Positions 38,391 to 49,887 of a DNA stretch of 64,000 bases are shown one piece after another. Location: positions 1,632,001-1,696,000 of the forward strand of contig CAVSGO010000007.1 of the NCBI GenBank assembly GCA_963727525.1, written 5' to 3'. The notes beneath the pieces are model-generated. The model searched no databases. It saw only the letters and a program-made list of their open reading frames with translations, and was not told the origin of the DNA. The stretch's first letter is position 1, and each line of letters starts with the position of its first letter. Position numbers and translations under genes: made by a program. This DNA is from an uncultured bacterium (GTDB lineage Bacteria; Krumholzibacteriota; Krumholzibacteriia; LZORAL124-64-63).

Positions 38391-39338
38391 ATGCGCCCCG
38401 CGCAGGCAGATCGGATCGCTCTCACCGCCGCCACGCCGGCGCCGGCCGACGCCGCGACGCGCTGGCGCATGCCCTACGCGGAGCGTCCACGCTACATCCA
38501 GCTCGAGACCGTCACCAAGTGCAATGCGCGCTGCCCCTTCTGTCCGCAGCACGAGATCGACCGCGGCGTGCCCAAGATGAGCGAGGAGACCTGGAAGCGC
38601 GTGGTCGACCAGACCCGGGGCTGGGGCGTGACGTACCGCCCGTTCCTGACCAATGAACCTTTCGTGGACGTGCGCCAGCCCGAGATCTGCCGGTACATCA
38701 AGGACAACGATCCTACGGCGCGCGTGGAGTACAACACGAACGGCGAGTTGATGACCGAGAAGACGGCGCGCGCCATCCTCGCCGCCGGCGTCGACATCGT
38801 CCGCTTCTCGGTCGACGGCCTCAGCCGCGAGACCTACGAGCCCTCGCGCGTGGGCGTGAATTTCGACCACGTGTACGAGCGCGTGCCCCGCTTCCTCGAG
38901 ATCTGGCGAGAGGAGGGCTACGAGGAGAAGGGCGTGTTCACCGAGGTGCGCATGATCGAGGTGCCTGAGAATCGGCACGAGATCGACGACTACCGCGCGT
39001 TCTGGAGCCCGCGCTGCAGCGACGTCGTGGTCACCCAGCTCTACCAGTGGCCGTGGACCGGCCAGACGCGCGCCGACACCGTGCGCAAGCCGTGCCTGAA
39101 GATCCTCGACGAGCTTTTCTTCTACGCCAATGGCAATGCCACGATCTGCTGCTGGGACGTGCATGAACGCGCCGTGATCGGCAATGTGCACGAGATCACG
39201 GTGGAAGAGATCTGGCGCAGCAACGCGGCGCGGCACCTGCGCGCCATGCTCGACGACGGACGGCGTGACCTCATCCATCTCTGCAGCCATTGCAACGCGT
39301 ACAAGGGCTACGACTTCGACCGCTTCGCGCGTCGCTAG
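38391..39338 (+). CDS. Radical SAM/SPASM(twitch) protein (alternative start 38358)
   Basis: CNARCPFC, NEPF, NTNG, FSVDG; C-terminal PC...ICCWD..IGNV..IW..CSHC. Confidence 0.85.
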   Translation: MRPAQADRIALTAATPAPADAATRWRMPYAERPRYIQLETVTKCNARCPFCPQHEIDRGVPKMSEETWKRVVDQTRGWGVTYRPFLTNEPFVDVRQPEICRYIKDNDPTARVEYNTNGELMTEKTARAILAAGVDIVRFSVDGLSRETYEPSRVGVNFDHVYERVPRFLEIWREEGYEEKGVFTEVRMIEVPENRHEIDDYRAFWSPRCSDVVVTQLYQWPWTGQTRADTVRKPCLKILDELFFYANGNATICCWDVHERAVIGNVHEITVEEIWRSNAARHLRAMLDDGRRDLIHLCSHCNAYKGYDFDRFARR

Positions 39339-39362
39339 CAGTTCCGCGAGGGGAGATACGCC

Positions 39363-39647
39363 ATGGGCCTCTTCGACTGGTTGATCCTGTTGCTCGTGGC
39401 CGGCGTATGCGGGTCGCTCGGACAGGCGATCGGCGGCTTCGACAGGGGTGGCTGCCTCGTGTCCGTGGCGCTCGGATTCATCGGGGCGCTGCTGGGCATG
39501 TATATCGCCCGCGCCCTCTCCCTGCCCGAGCTCCTCACCTTCAGGGTCGGCGAGGCGAACTTTCCGATCGTATGGTCGATCATCGGTGCGGCGCTCTTCG
39601 TCGCCGTGCTTGGCTTCTTCTCACGCTCCCGGCCGCACAATCGCTAG
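39363..39647 (+). CDS. GlsB/YeaQ/YmgE (transglycosylase-associated) membrane protein
   Basis: Small, three TM, LGFIGALLG and SIIGAALF motifs. Confidence 0.8.
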   Translation: MGLFDWLILLLVAGVCGSLGQAIGGFDRGGCLVSVALGFIGALLGMYIARALSLPELLTFRVGEANFPIVWSIIGAALFVAVLGFFSRSRPHNR

Positions 39648-39713
39648 CGTGCGCAGCCATTGCGATCGATTGGCAGCGATCGAATATTCGTCCGGTAGTA
39701 CCTCTGGTCGTAT

Positions 39714-41093
39714 CTAGTGGCAGAGCATCTCGCTCAGGCCTCGCGACACCTGCGATAGACCACTGCCCATATCGCGCAGATGCACGCTCGCGTCCTCGCT
39801 CTGGCTGGCGATCGCAGCGTTGCTCTGGCTCACATGATCGATCAACCGCACCGCCTCCTTGATCTGCGTGATCCCGTCCGCTTGCTGGGCACTGGCCGTG
39901 ACGACGGCCGCCATCAGGGCGACCGTCTCGTCGACGTTGGACGCCATGACGCCGAGGAGCTCTTCCACACGACCCGACGCCTGCACTCCGTCCGTCGCGC
40001 TCAACTGAGACGTCTCGATCAGGGTAGCCGTTTCCTGGGCAGCCTTGGCGCTGCGCCGAGCCAGGTTGCGCACCTCCTCGGCCACCACCGCGAAGCCCTT
40101 GCCGGCGTCGCCGGCGCGCGCGGCCTCGACGGCAGCATTCAGGGCCAGGAGGTTGGTCTGGAAGGCGATCTCGTCGATGGTCTGCAGGATGCGCACGGTC
40201 TGATCCGAAGCCGACTTGATACCCTCGATCGCCGACATGAGCCCGGTCATGGCCTCGCGGCCCTCTCGTGCGCGCGCCAGCGCTTCCTGGGCGCGTTCCT
40301 GTGCGCGGTTCGCGCTCGTGACGTTTGCGGACGTCTGCGCCGCCATCGTCTCCAGCGACGCCGATGTCTCCTCGAGGCTCGCCGCCTGGTTGGTCGCCCC
40401 CTCCACCATCTGAGCGCTCGTCTGCGCGAGATCCCCGGCGGCCTCCGTCAGGCCCACGACGTCGTGTTGCAGACGACTAGCCGCCGAGCCGACGGGGCCC
40501 ATGACGAAGCGGTTGATGAAGAACGCAAGCGCCAGGCTCGAGACGATCACCGCCACGAGGCCGCTCAGCGGTGTGGCCCAGGACACTCGGACCAGCGCGC
40601 GATCGGTTGCCGCCGTGTCGAGGGTCACGCTCGCCACGCCGAGCACGTCGCCCTCCCGCGTATTGGCATGGCATTCGAGACAGCTCGCAACGGCGAGCAC
40701 GGGCTGCACACATCGAAAGGAATGCTCCTTCCGATCCACGAGCACCTGCGGCTGTCCGCTCGCGAGCACGGCTCTGTCGATCTCGTCATGCGCCTCGGCG
40801 CCCGCGCGCTTCCCGAACTCCGTTTCCACACCCGGCGCGCGGACAGCGCGCACCTCCTCCAGGCCTGGCTGATCGGCGACTGCATCGAGAAAATGGCGCA
40901 GCCCATCCATGTCTCCGATCACGCCGAAGGCCATCATGGCGTCCGTGAGACTGCTGGCCAGAAGTTGCGTCGACTCCTTCTCCTGCGCCCGGGCCAGATT
41001 GTACGTCCACGTGGAATTCACGAAGACGGCGCCGCCAAGAACCACGACGAGGCATGCCGACACCAACACGATCAGTTTTTCCCGGATATTCAT
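39714..41093 (-). CDS. Methyl-accepting chemotaxis protein with periplasmic c-heme (CxxCH) sensor
   Basis: Two TM helices, [42 protein letters not shown]. Confidence 0.92.
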   Translation of the reverse strand: MNIREKLIVLVSACLVVVLGGAVFVNSTWTYNLARAQEKESTQLLASSLTDAMMAFGVIGDMDGLRHFLDAVADQPGLEEVRAVRAPGVETEFGKRAGAEAHDEIDRAVLASGQPQVLVDRKEHSFRCVQPVLAVASCLECHANTREGDVLGVASVTLDTAATDRALVRVSWATPLSGLVAVIVSSLALAFFINRFVMGPVGSAASRLQHDVVGLTEAAGDLAQTSAQMVEGATNQAASLEETSASLETMAAQTSANVTSANRAQERAQEALARAREGREAMTGLMSAIEGIKSASDQTVRILQTIDEIAFQTNLLALNAAVEAARAGDAGKGFAVVAEEVRNLARRSAKAAQETATLIETSQLSATDGVQASGRVEELLGVMASNVDETVALMAAVVTASAQQADGITQIKEAVRLIDHVSQSNAAIASQSEDASVHLRDMGSGLSQVSRGLSEMLCH

Positions 41094-41201
41094 GGCTGCT
41101 TCCCCCGATTGGCCAGAACTGTTAAAATTTTACCGTATGGTGTTTCATTAGTCGGGAGAAAACACGCCGCCTTGAGCCTGAATTTTCGCAAATATGGAGG
41201 T

Positions 41202-41888
41202 TCAGGCGTACGGGATGGGATCAGCGGTTCCGACGAGGTCGAATCCGCGCCGGCGCAGAAGGCAGCTCTCACATCGCCCACACGCCACGTCCTCGCGCAC
41301 GTAGCAGGACCAGGTGAGGTGCAGCGGGGCGCCGAGCGCCAGCCCGCGGCGTACGATATCGGTCTTCTGCAGGTGGATGAGCGGCGTGTGGATGGCGACG
41401 CGCGTCTCGGGGCGGGTGCCCTCGTCGATCGCTGCCTGGAACGCTCGATAGAACACCTCGCGGCAATCGGGGTAGCCGCTACTGTCTTCCTGGACGGCAC
41501 CGATGAACAGCGCCCGGGCCCCCGTCACCTCGGCCCAGCTCGTGGCGATGCAGAGCAGGTGCGCGTTGCGAAACGGCACGTAAGTCGAGGGAATACCGGC
41601 ACCGTCTGCGGGCAAGCCCTCCTCCACGGCCTGCGACCCATCCAGCAGGCTCGAGCCGCCGATGGCCGCGAGATGGGCGATGTCCACGACGAGTCGATGC
41701 GCGGCCGGCACGGCATAGTGGCCGGCGATGTCGTGGAACGCGCGCAGTTCCCGTTCCTGCGTCCGCTGGCCGTAGTTCACGTGCAACAGCGCGAGGTCGT
41801 GCGCCACCGCAGCCTCGGCGACGCACACGCAGGAATCGAGGCCGCCACTGGCGAGCACCACGGCCAGCGGGCGAGGCGACGCCGCCAT
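41202..41888 (-). CDS. queC: 7-cyano-7-deazaguanine synthase
   Basis: SGGLDS, YGQRT, TYVPFRN, GYPDCR, TWSCY, CGRCESC. Confidence 0.96.
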   Translation of the reverse strand: MAASPRPLAVVLASGGLDSCVCVAEAAVAHDLALLHVNYGQRTQERELRAFHDIAGHYAVPAAHRLVVDIAHLAAIGGSSLLDGSQAVEEGLPADGAGIPSTYVPFRNAHLLCIATSWAEVTGARALFIGAVQEDSSGYPDCREVFYRAFQAAIDEGTRPETRVAIHTPLIHLQKTDIVRRGLALGAPLHLTWSCYVREDVACGRCESCLLRRRGFDLVGTADPIPYA

Positions 41889-42541
41889 CACACGCCTCCT
41901 TCGGCTTCGGGCCAGACGACCTTGTGAAGCTGGATCTGAAAACGCACAGGGAGACGGTCGGCCAGGATCCATTCGGCCAGATCTCGCGGCGCCAGCGCAC
42001 CGTATCCAGGCGAGAACGTGACGGGCACGCCACGGGGCAGGCGGTTCTCCCGCTGCAGGCCCCGCGCCCATTCGTAGTCGGCACGATCGCTGAGCACGAG
42101 CTTCAGCTCGTCGTCGGCTCCCAGGGTCGCGATACCGTCCCAGTCGATCACCTCGGGCGCGAGGCCGCTGCCAGGCGTCTTGATGTCCACGACGCGGCAC
42201 ACCCCGACAGGAACCTCCGCGAGCGCCACCGCGCATCCCAAGGTCCCGCTGGTCTCCAGCACCACGCGGTAGCCATCGCCCACGAGCTGGGCCATGAGCG
42301 TGGCACATTCCTTCTGAAGGAGGGGCTCGCCACCGGTCACCAGCACCGTCCCGAAGCCGATGGCCGCCACCCGCGCCCGGATCGTCGCGAGATCCAGGCG
42401 CTCACCGCCCTGGAACGCGTATGCCGTGTCGCAGTATACGCAGCGGCGGTGGCAACCGGTCAGGCGCACGATGGCGCACGTGTCGCCACCATGGCGTGAC
42501 TCCCCGAGGATTGCCGCGTATATTTCGCGGACGAGCAGCAT
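41888..42541 (-). CDS. queE: 7-carboxy-7-deazaguanine synthase (radical SAM)
   Basis: [45 protein letters not shown]. Confidence 0.92.
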   Translation of the reverse strand: MLLVREIYAAILGESRHGGDTCAIVRLTGCHRRCVYCDTAYAFQGGERLDLATIRARVAAIGFGTVLVTGGEPLLQKECATLMAQLVGDGYRVVLETSGTLGCAVALAEVPVGVCRVVDIKTPGSGLAPEVIDWDGIATLGADDELKLVLSDRADYEWARGLQRENRLPRGVPVTFSPGYGALAPRDLAEWILADRLPVRFQIQLHKVVWPEAEGGV

Positions 42542-42659
42542 CAAGATTCCATTCGGCGGGGCGGGCCGGATTCGTCCGGGCGCCGCGTTTCCGGTCAGGA
42601 GTGCCAAGAACGTGCGAAAGATAGTCGAAGGCCTCGCCTCTCACAATCATCGTGGATCC

Positions 42660-43832
42660 ATGATGCTCCTGGTGGGCCTCGGAGCCCTCGTCATCGCGAC
42701 CGGGGGATGCGGCGGCTCGGGGTCGGAGGTCCCGAGCCAGACTGGCGTGCACACCGCGAGTGGTTGTCCCGCCAACGTCACGACCACCGGCAGCGACGCC
42801 TTCGTCGCCGCAGCCGACCGCGCGGCGGCCGGGGACGTCATGTCGCCGGACGACCTGCAGGCGCTCGTCGAGCGGCCGGTGTGGACGCTGTGGCGCCGCA
42901 GCTACGAGCCGGAGATCGCTTCGCCCGAGGCCGCGGCTCTGACGGTCTTCGCCGGCCTGCGCGGCCTGCAAGCCCTGTCGCCCGCACAAACCGTGAAGGT
43001 AACCCGGCGCGACCTGATGTCGTGCTATGCGTTCGACATGCAGAAACGGGTGGCGATCACGAAATTCCTCACCGCCTACGTCCGCGACGACGCGAGCTGC
43101 GCCGTCTGGTCGCTGATGCGGCAATGGATCCAGCCGACCAATCTGCCGGACACCCTGCGCATCGACTTCTTGCCGATGAAGGCCGAGATCCGCCGCTACG
43201 AGGGGCACTTCCTCGTCGACCCCGGTCTGGCTATCGTCAGCGGCCGCGATCAACTCACCCACATGCTCACCTCGGTACTCTACCGCGCCGTCGAGGCTGT
43301 CCCCGGTCCTCGCGGCGACGCCGTCGAAGGCCCCGACGCCGTGGCTCAGACATTCCGTGTGCTACGCAACGAGGGCGTGGCCGCTTACATCGACGATCTG
43401 CCCCACCTCTTCTTCGGACGCGAGCATCCCTTGCTTCGCAACGCCGCGCCCGTGCCCGAGGACATCTGTGATCAGGCCACCCGGTCGCTCGTCTATGTCG
43501 ACGACGCCCTCGCGCACATCCTCGCCGCGGACGAGCCGGCGCCGGACTATCGGCCCGTATTCCGCTACTTCATCGGGGCCCAGAGCTGGCAGCCGACAGG
43601 GTGGTTCATGGCGGCAGTGATCCGTGACCGCCAGAACGAGGCTCGGCTCCAGCAGGCAAGCCGGACGGTGGCGGATTTCGTGGACGCGTACCAGACCGCG
43701 GCCCTGGCGGAGTCGCCGAGCCCTCCGGCTCCGCACGGCACGGCCGCGTACACCGTGCAGCACGCCCCGGCGTTCGCTCCCGACGTCTACGTCTTCATCC
43801 GGAGCACGCTCCGCGCCGATTTGCCGAACTGA
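42660..43832 (+). CDS. Hypothetical lipoprotein, weakly resembling DUF5700-type zincin peptidases
   Basis: Lipobox TGGC; NEGVAAYID and GWFMA motifs; no HExxH. Confidence 0.55.
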   Translation: MMLLVGLGALVIATGGCGGSGSEVPSQTGVHTASGCPANVTTTGSDAFVAAADRAAAGDVMSPDDLQALVERPVWTLWRRSYEPEIASPEAAALTVFAGLRGLQALSPAQTVKVTRRDLMSCYAFDMQKRVAITKFLTAYVRDDASCAVWSLMRQWIQPTNLPDTLRIDFLPMKAEIRRYEGHFLVDPGLAIVSGRDQLTHMLTSVLYRAVEAVPGPRGDAVEGPDAVAQTFRVLRNEGVAAYIDDLPHLFFGREHPLLRNAAPVPEDICDQATRSLVYVDDALAHILAADEPAPDYRPVFRYFIGAQSWQPTGWFMAAVIRDRQNEARLQQASRTVADFVDAYQTAALAESPSPPAPHGTAAYTVQHAPAFAPDVYVFIRSTLRADLPN

Positions 43833-44012
43833 GGCCACCTTATTCATGCTATCGCGTAGCGAGGCGAGTGGAACGGTCTCTGTGAGCGGGATCTCGCAGG
43901 GTTTGTGAGGGAGCCGTACCCGCTGGGGTACGGTGACCGAAGCAAACTCGAGAAAGCCCGCTCACAGAGACTGTTACGCCGCCGCAGTCGCGATAGCATG
44001 AATAAGGTGGGC
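43833..44012. mobile_element. MITE-like long palindromic element between convergent genes
   Basis: Perfect 22-bp IR 43835-43856/43989-44010, nested 19-bp IR 43872-43890/43957-43975, apical 8-bp stem; flanking TGA (or CTGAGG) direct repeat. Confidence 0.65.
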
Positions 44013-44035
44013 TGAGGCGGAATGCGACAGGCTCG

Positions 44036-44974
44036 TCAGTCAGCGCCCTCGTCCACGGTGAGGCGGTTGCGCCCAGCTTCCTTGCTCGCGTAGAGGTAGC
44101 GATCGGCGCGATCGACCACGCTTCCGCGCGTGTCGCCCTGACGCATGAACGTGGCGCCTATCGAGATCGTCACGGAAAGCCGCGATCGCTCCGTGTCCAG
44201 GAACGACGATGCCACGAGCGATCGGATCCGGTCGGCGATCGCCACCACCTCCGCGCGAGAAACGTGGCGCAGCGCCGCGATGAACTCGTCGCCACCCCAG
44301 CGTCCCACGAGGTCGAATGGACGCAGATTGTGGCCGAGCGTGCCCGCCACCATCGTGAGAACGCGGTCGCCGACCTCGTGCCCCCAGGCGTCGTTGATGC
44401 ACTTGAAAGCGTCGATATCCACCAGCAGCACGGCGAAGCCGGTCTGGTAGCGCTGGGCCTCGTCGAGCAGGCGATCGAGCGTGGATTGCGCGTGACGCCG
44501 GTTTGCCAGTCCGGTGAGCGGGTCCACGAGGGCCATCTCCTCCAGCTCGGTGATGCGCGCCTGCATGTCCGAGACGCCGTCGAGAGCCTCGAAGACCTCC
44601 AGACCGCCCACCACATCGCCATCCCGATTGCGCAACGGCGAGCAGCGCACGCGCACCGGAAGACGGTGGCCATCGCGGTGGTGGAGAAAGATCTCGTCCT
44701 GGCGCGAATTCCCCTCGATCATCGTGAACGAGAGGGGACACTGCCCCTGGCAGAGGTCCTGGCCGCACGCGCTCACGTGGCAGAGCAAGCCGTCGAAGCA
44801 CGGGCGCCCGACCACCTCAGCGCTGGCATATCCGGTCAATCGTTCCGCTGCCGGATTCCAGTAGAGGATGCGGCGATCCCGGTCGACGATATACACCGCA
44901 TCGAACATCTGATCGAGTAACGGCGCGTAAACCGCGAAATCGAATTCTTCCTCGGGTTTCATAGAAGTTTCCAT
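44036..44974 (-). CDS. PAS-GGDEF diguanylate cyclase
   Basis: WNPAAERLTGY PAS, DPLTGLANRR, DIDAFKCIND..GHEVGD, RWGGDEF. Confidence 0.93.
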   Translation of the reverse strand: METSMKPEEEFDFAVYAPLLDQMFDAVYIVDRDRRILYWNPAAERLTGYASAEVVGRPCFDGLLCHVSACGQDLCQGQCPLSFTMIEGNSRQDEIFLHHRDGHRLPVRVRCSPLRNRDGDVVGGLEVFEALDGVSDMQARITELEEMALVDPLTGLANRRHAQSTLDRLLDEAQRYQTGFAVLLVDIDAFKCINDAWGHEVGDRVLTMVAGTLGHNLRPFDLVGRWGGDEFIAALRHVSRAEVVAIADRIRSLVASSFLDTERSRLSVTISIGATFMRQGDTRGSVVDRADRYLYASKEAGRNRLTVDEGAD

Positions 44975-45027
44975 TTCGCCTACCTGTGCGCGGCGCGGCA
45001 GGCGCCGCGCACAGGCTGGACCGCGGA

Positions 45028-46773
<1,746 letters not shown>

Positions 46774-46968
46774 GGTCTCGTCTCCCGGCGGGTTGGGGGC
46801 ACATGATTCGCTCCAATGTGATGCAGGCCGACGCGGGCGTCAACGGCTTGTGCCCATGAATACCCCTTTCAACGCACCTGGAGCGCAGACTTCGGGACAT
46901 CGCTGGGACCGTGGGAGCCGCGCTCGAACGTCGGTGATGATCGGGAAAAGATAGTCCGGCCAGGCAGA

Positions 46969-47045
46969 TGGCGGGAGCGACGAGATTCGAACTCGCGACC
47001 TCCGGCTTGACAGGCCGGCGTTCTAACCAGCTGAACTACGCCCCC
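46969..47045 (-). tRNA. tRNA-Asp (GUC)
   Basis: Cloverleaf, CCGGC-CT-GTC-AA-GCCGG, CCA encoded. Confidence 0.95.
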
Positions 47046-47067
47046 GCCAGGTTCGTAGCGAGCGGAG

Positions 47068-47096
47068 AATATAGCCCGGGGCCCCGATCCTGTCAA
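47068..47096 (-). promoter_or_regulatory. Sigma70 promoter for tRNA-Asp
   Basis: TTGACA-N17-TATATT. Confidence 0.7.
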
Positions 47097-48508
47097 ACGC
47101 CCTCGCGGGGTGCAGTCATCCCCGGAATCGCCGCGAAATCCTCCCTGGCGACGTCTGCGAGGGCCTGGAGCGTCCAGCCCCGGCCCAGATGGTGCGATAG
47201 CGCCGGCGCCAGGCTGGGATGTCCGGCCGCCAGAGCCACGCCCGTGCGGTCGGCCCCCCGTGCCAGCCAGGCCGGCACCGTGGCGGCCAGGGGACGGTGC
47301 GAGGTGACCAGCAGCCGCGAGATCGACGGCGGCTCGACCGGGAGCGCGCCGATCTCGAGGCGGGTGACGCTGGCGAATCGCCCGCCCAACCACTCGGCGG
47401 CCGCGGCGGCCGCGCCCCAGCGATCGCCTTCGGTCCCGTCGAGCCAGAGTACCGGGGTGTCGAGCGCCGCGAAGTCGATGCCGGCCGCGGCCCGGCGCCG
47501 GACCTCGCCATAGGCCTCGGCACCTGCCACCGCCGTCGGCGGCGGCATCACGGCGGGCAGACCCGGGCCCCGCTCCCCGTCAACCAACGGGAGCGCGCCC
47601 CAGGGAATGCCGCGCACGAGCAGGCGGTCGCAGTCCGCAGCGGCCACCGCCGCGAGCCACGCCCGCGAAAGATCTCCCGGATCCACGAGTCCCGACGCAC
47701 GGCCGTCGGGCGAGGGAACACCCTGCCGCGCAAGTGCGCCGCGCAGTCCCCCCATCGTGATGTCGTCGGCGAACAGCAGCAGGCCGGGCCGGTCGGTGAA
47801 CTCCCGGCGCAGATCCGCGAGCGCCGCGCCATCGAGCGTGAGCGGATCGCCGCCCCCGACGCCGGCGAGGTGACCGATCATGAGAGCGTCGGCGCCGGCG
47901 TCGAGGCCGGCGCGGAAAGGTCGCGACGGCGCCTCGCGTCCCACCAACGTGGCCGCCTCGTGAGAATCGGTCGCGCTGCCGCCGTGGCCCGGCCAGTGCT
48001 TGAGGCAACAGGCCGCACCGCCCTCGCGCAGTCCTACGACGGCGGCCTGCACGTGGGCGGCCACGCGCTGCGGGTCCGCACCGAAGGCGCGGCTGCCGAT
48101 CACCAGGTTGTTCGGCTCCAGCAGCACGTCGGCGCAGGGTGCGAGCACGCGATCCACGCCGACGCCGCGCAGACGCTGGCCCGTCGCGGCATGCACGCGC
48201 CGGGTGAGCGCGAGATCATCGAGATCGCCGAGCGTGCGCGCGGCGGGAGGCCGCCCCACGGCCGCGGCGAGCACGCTCACTGGACCGCCCTCGTGATCGG
48301 CCATGATCTCGCCATCCACGCCGAGGCACGCGTGGACCTCGCGACACAGGTCAGCAAGCTGACCGGGATCGACGCAGTTGCGGGAGAAGAGGATGACGCC
48401 GGCCGGCTCATAGACGCGCAACCAGCGCGCCTCGGCCGGGTGGAGTCGCGGTCCCGCGAGGCCGACGACGAGGCGCCCGACCCAGGCCGGCGCGCCGCTC
48501 GCGGTCAC
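47093..48508 (-). CDS. GH3 beta-N-acetylhexosaminidase (NagZ-like)
   Basis: GVILFSRN, DHEGG, IGSRAFG, KHWPGHG..DSH, ADDITMG. Confidence 0.85.
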   Translation of the reverse strand: MTASGAPAWVGRLVVGLAGPRLHPAEARWLRVYEPAGVILFSRNCVDPGQLADLCREVHACLGVDGEIMADHEGGPVSVLAAAVGRPPAARTLGDLDDLALTRRVHAATGQRLRGVGVDRVLAPCADVLLEPNNLVIGSRAFGADPQRVAAHVQAAVVGLREGGAACCLKHWPGHGGSATDSHEAATLVGREAPSRPFRAGLDAGADALMIGHLAGVGGGDPLTLDGAALADLRREFTDRPGLLLFADDITMGGLRGALARQGVPSPDGRASGLVDPGDLSRAWLAAVAAADCDRLLVRGIPWGALPLVDGERGPGLPAVMPPPTAVAGAEAYGEVRRRAAAGIDFAALDTPVLWLDGTEGDRWGAAAAAAEWLGGRFASVTRLEIGALPVEPPSISRLLVTSHRPLAATVPAWLARGADRTGVALAAGHPSLAPALSHHLGRGWTLQALADVAREDFAAIPGMTAPREGV

Positions 48509-49887
48509 GGCAAGGCCTCCGACGAGAATCGTTGCAGCGTGGCACCGGGATAGTAGTGGGCGAGGATCGCGCGCATGTCCTGGCCGGCCGCCGCTCGGGC
48601 CAGCGCTCCGTTCTGGCACATGCCCACGCCGTGGCCGTACCCGCGCCCGTGCACCGCGACCGCGCGCGGCAAACCGGCCGCGTCGCGCGTCACCTCGAGA
48701 TCGAAGAGGGCGCTGCGCAGGATCGTCGGATGGCCGGACGCCGGCGTCAGCACCCAGCGCACGCGGTCGCCACGCACATGGTAGGTGCCCGCCGTGGTGA
48801 CGATGTCGAGGCAGGCGATGCGGCCGCTCGCCGTCCTCTCCACGATGCGCAGGTCACGCAGAGAACCCGGTGACTGGGCGCCGGGACTTCGGGGCACGGG
48901 CGTGAACACGTTGCCTGCCCAGGTCGCGCGATCTGGGCGTTCCATATACGCCACGTAGTCGGGCAGGGTGGACTGCAGGATCCGATCGAGCTGGACGGCC
49001 GTCCAGGACTCGGTCCATGCGGCGTGCGCCCCCGTGGCGCAGAACGGACGCCCATCGGGCCCCGGGCCATCGTCGCTCACCGCGAAGCAGGCATCGCCAG
49101 GCCGTGACCACACGCCATCGGGCACCGCGCTGCGCCCCCCGCAAGAAGCGTGGAAGTAGGCCGGGATCGGCGCGTCGTCCTCCATCAGGACCAGGCCGGC
49201 CGAGCGCGCCACGGCCACGGTGGCGAGGGAATCCTCCCCCGCGACACCCTGGTACACCTGATCGCGCACATCGCCATAGAGATCGAAGCCGCGCGTCACG
49301 CGCGTCCCCAGGTGGGATACGGCGTAGGTGCGGGCAGCCACGGCCTGCGCTTCCACGGCCGCGAGCCGGCTGCGATCAGGCCGGCCGATCTCCGCGGGCA
49401 CCACGCCCAGCAGATACGCCTCCAGGTCCACCTCGTCTACCAGGGTCACGCCATCGGCGCCTGGTGTGGGCAACGCGGCGAATGTGCCGCGCCAGGCGCG
49501 GCCGTTCCAGCGCAACGGTGGCGATGATGAGATCGGCACGAGCACGAGCAGCATGGTCTGCCCACCGTTCCTGCCGCAGGCCCAGCGGACGTTGAGGCCG
49601 CTACGCCGGACGGTGACGTCTTGCCCCGCCGCGACCGTGAGTACGAGCTTGCGGGTCGCGCCGGTGCGCAGCTCGCACGGGGCGGGGGCGGTTACGGTCA
49701 CGAGGTCGCTGCCCTCGACGAGCCCCACGCGTACGATGACGCCCGCGGCTGTGACGGCCGCGGGCGTCGCATCGGTCTCCACCGCCGGCGCGGTCACGCG
49801 CTTCGGCGCACACCCGGCCAGCGTGCCGGCGAGCGCCAGCATGACGCCACCCGCAAAGCCCAGCATGCGCCGGCGGGCACGCCTCAC
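48505..49887 (-). CDS. SpoIID/LytB domain lipoprotein (peptidoglycan lytic enzyme)
   Basis: Lipobox LAGC; EAYLLGVVPAE, AQAVAARTYA, QVYQG, GRGYGHGVGMCQNGA, ILAHYYPG. Confidence 0.9.
   Translation of the reverse strand: MRRARRRMLGFAGGVMLALAGTLAGCAPKRVTAPAVETDATPAAVTAAGVIVRVGLVEGSDLVTVTAPAPCELRTGATRKLVLTVAAGQDVTVRRSGLNVRWACGRNGGQTMLLVLVPISSSPPLRWNGRAWRGTFAALPTPGADGVTLVDEVDLEAYLLGVVPAEIGRPDRSRLAAVEAQAVAARTYAVSHLGTRVTRGFDLYGDVRDQVYQGVAGEDSLATVAVARSAGLVLMEDDAPIPAYFHASCGGRSAVPDGVWSRPGDACFAVSDDGPGPDGRPFCATGAHAAWTESWTAVQLDRILQSTLPDYVAYMERPDRATWAGNVFTPVPRSPGAQSPGSLRDLRIVERTASGRIACLDIVTTAGTYHVRGDRVRWVLTPASGHPTILRSALFDLEVTRDAAGLPRAVAVHGRGYGHGVGMCQNGALARAAAGQDMRAILAHYYPGATLQRFSSEALP

Noticed and set aside
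42542-42660. preQ1 riboswitch upstream of queE/queC
   Set aside because: No preQ1-I hairpin with A-rich tail visible
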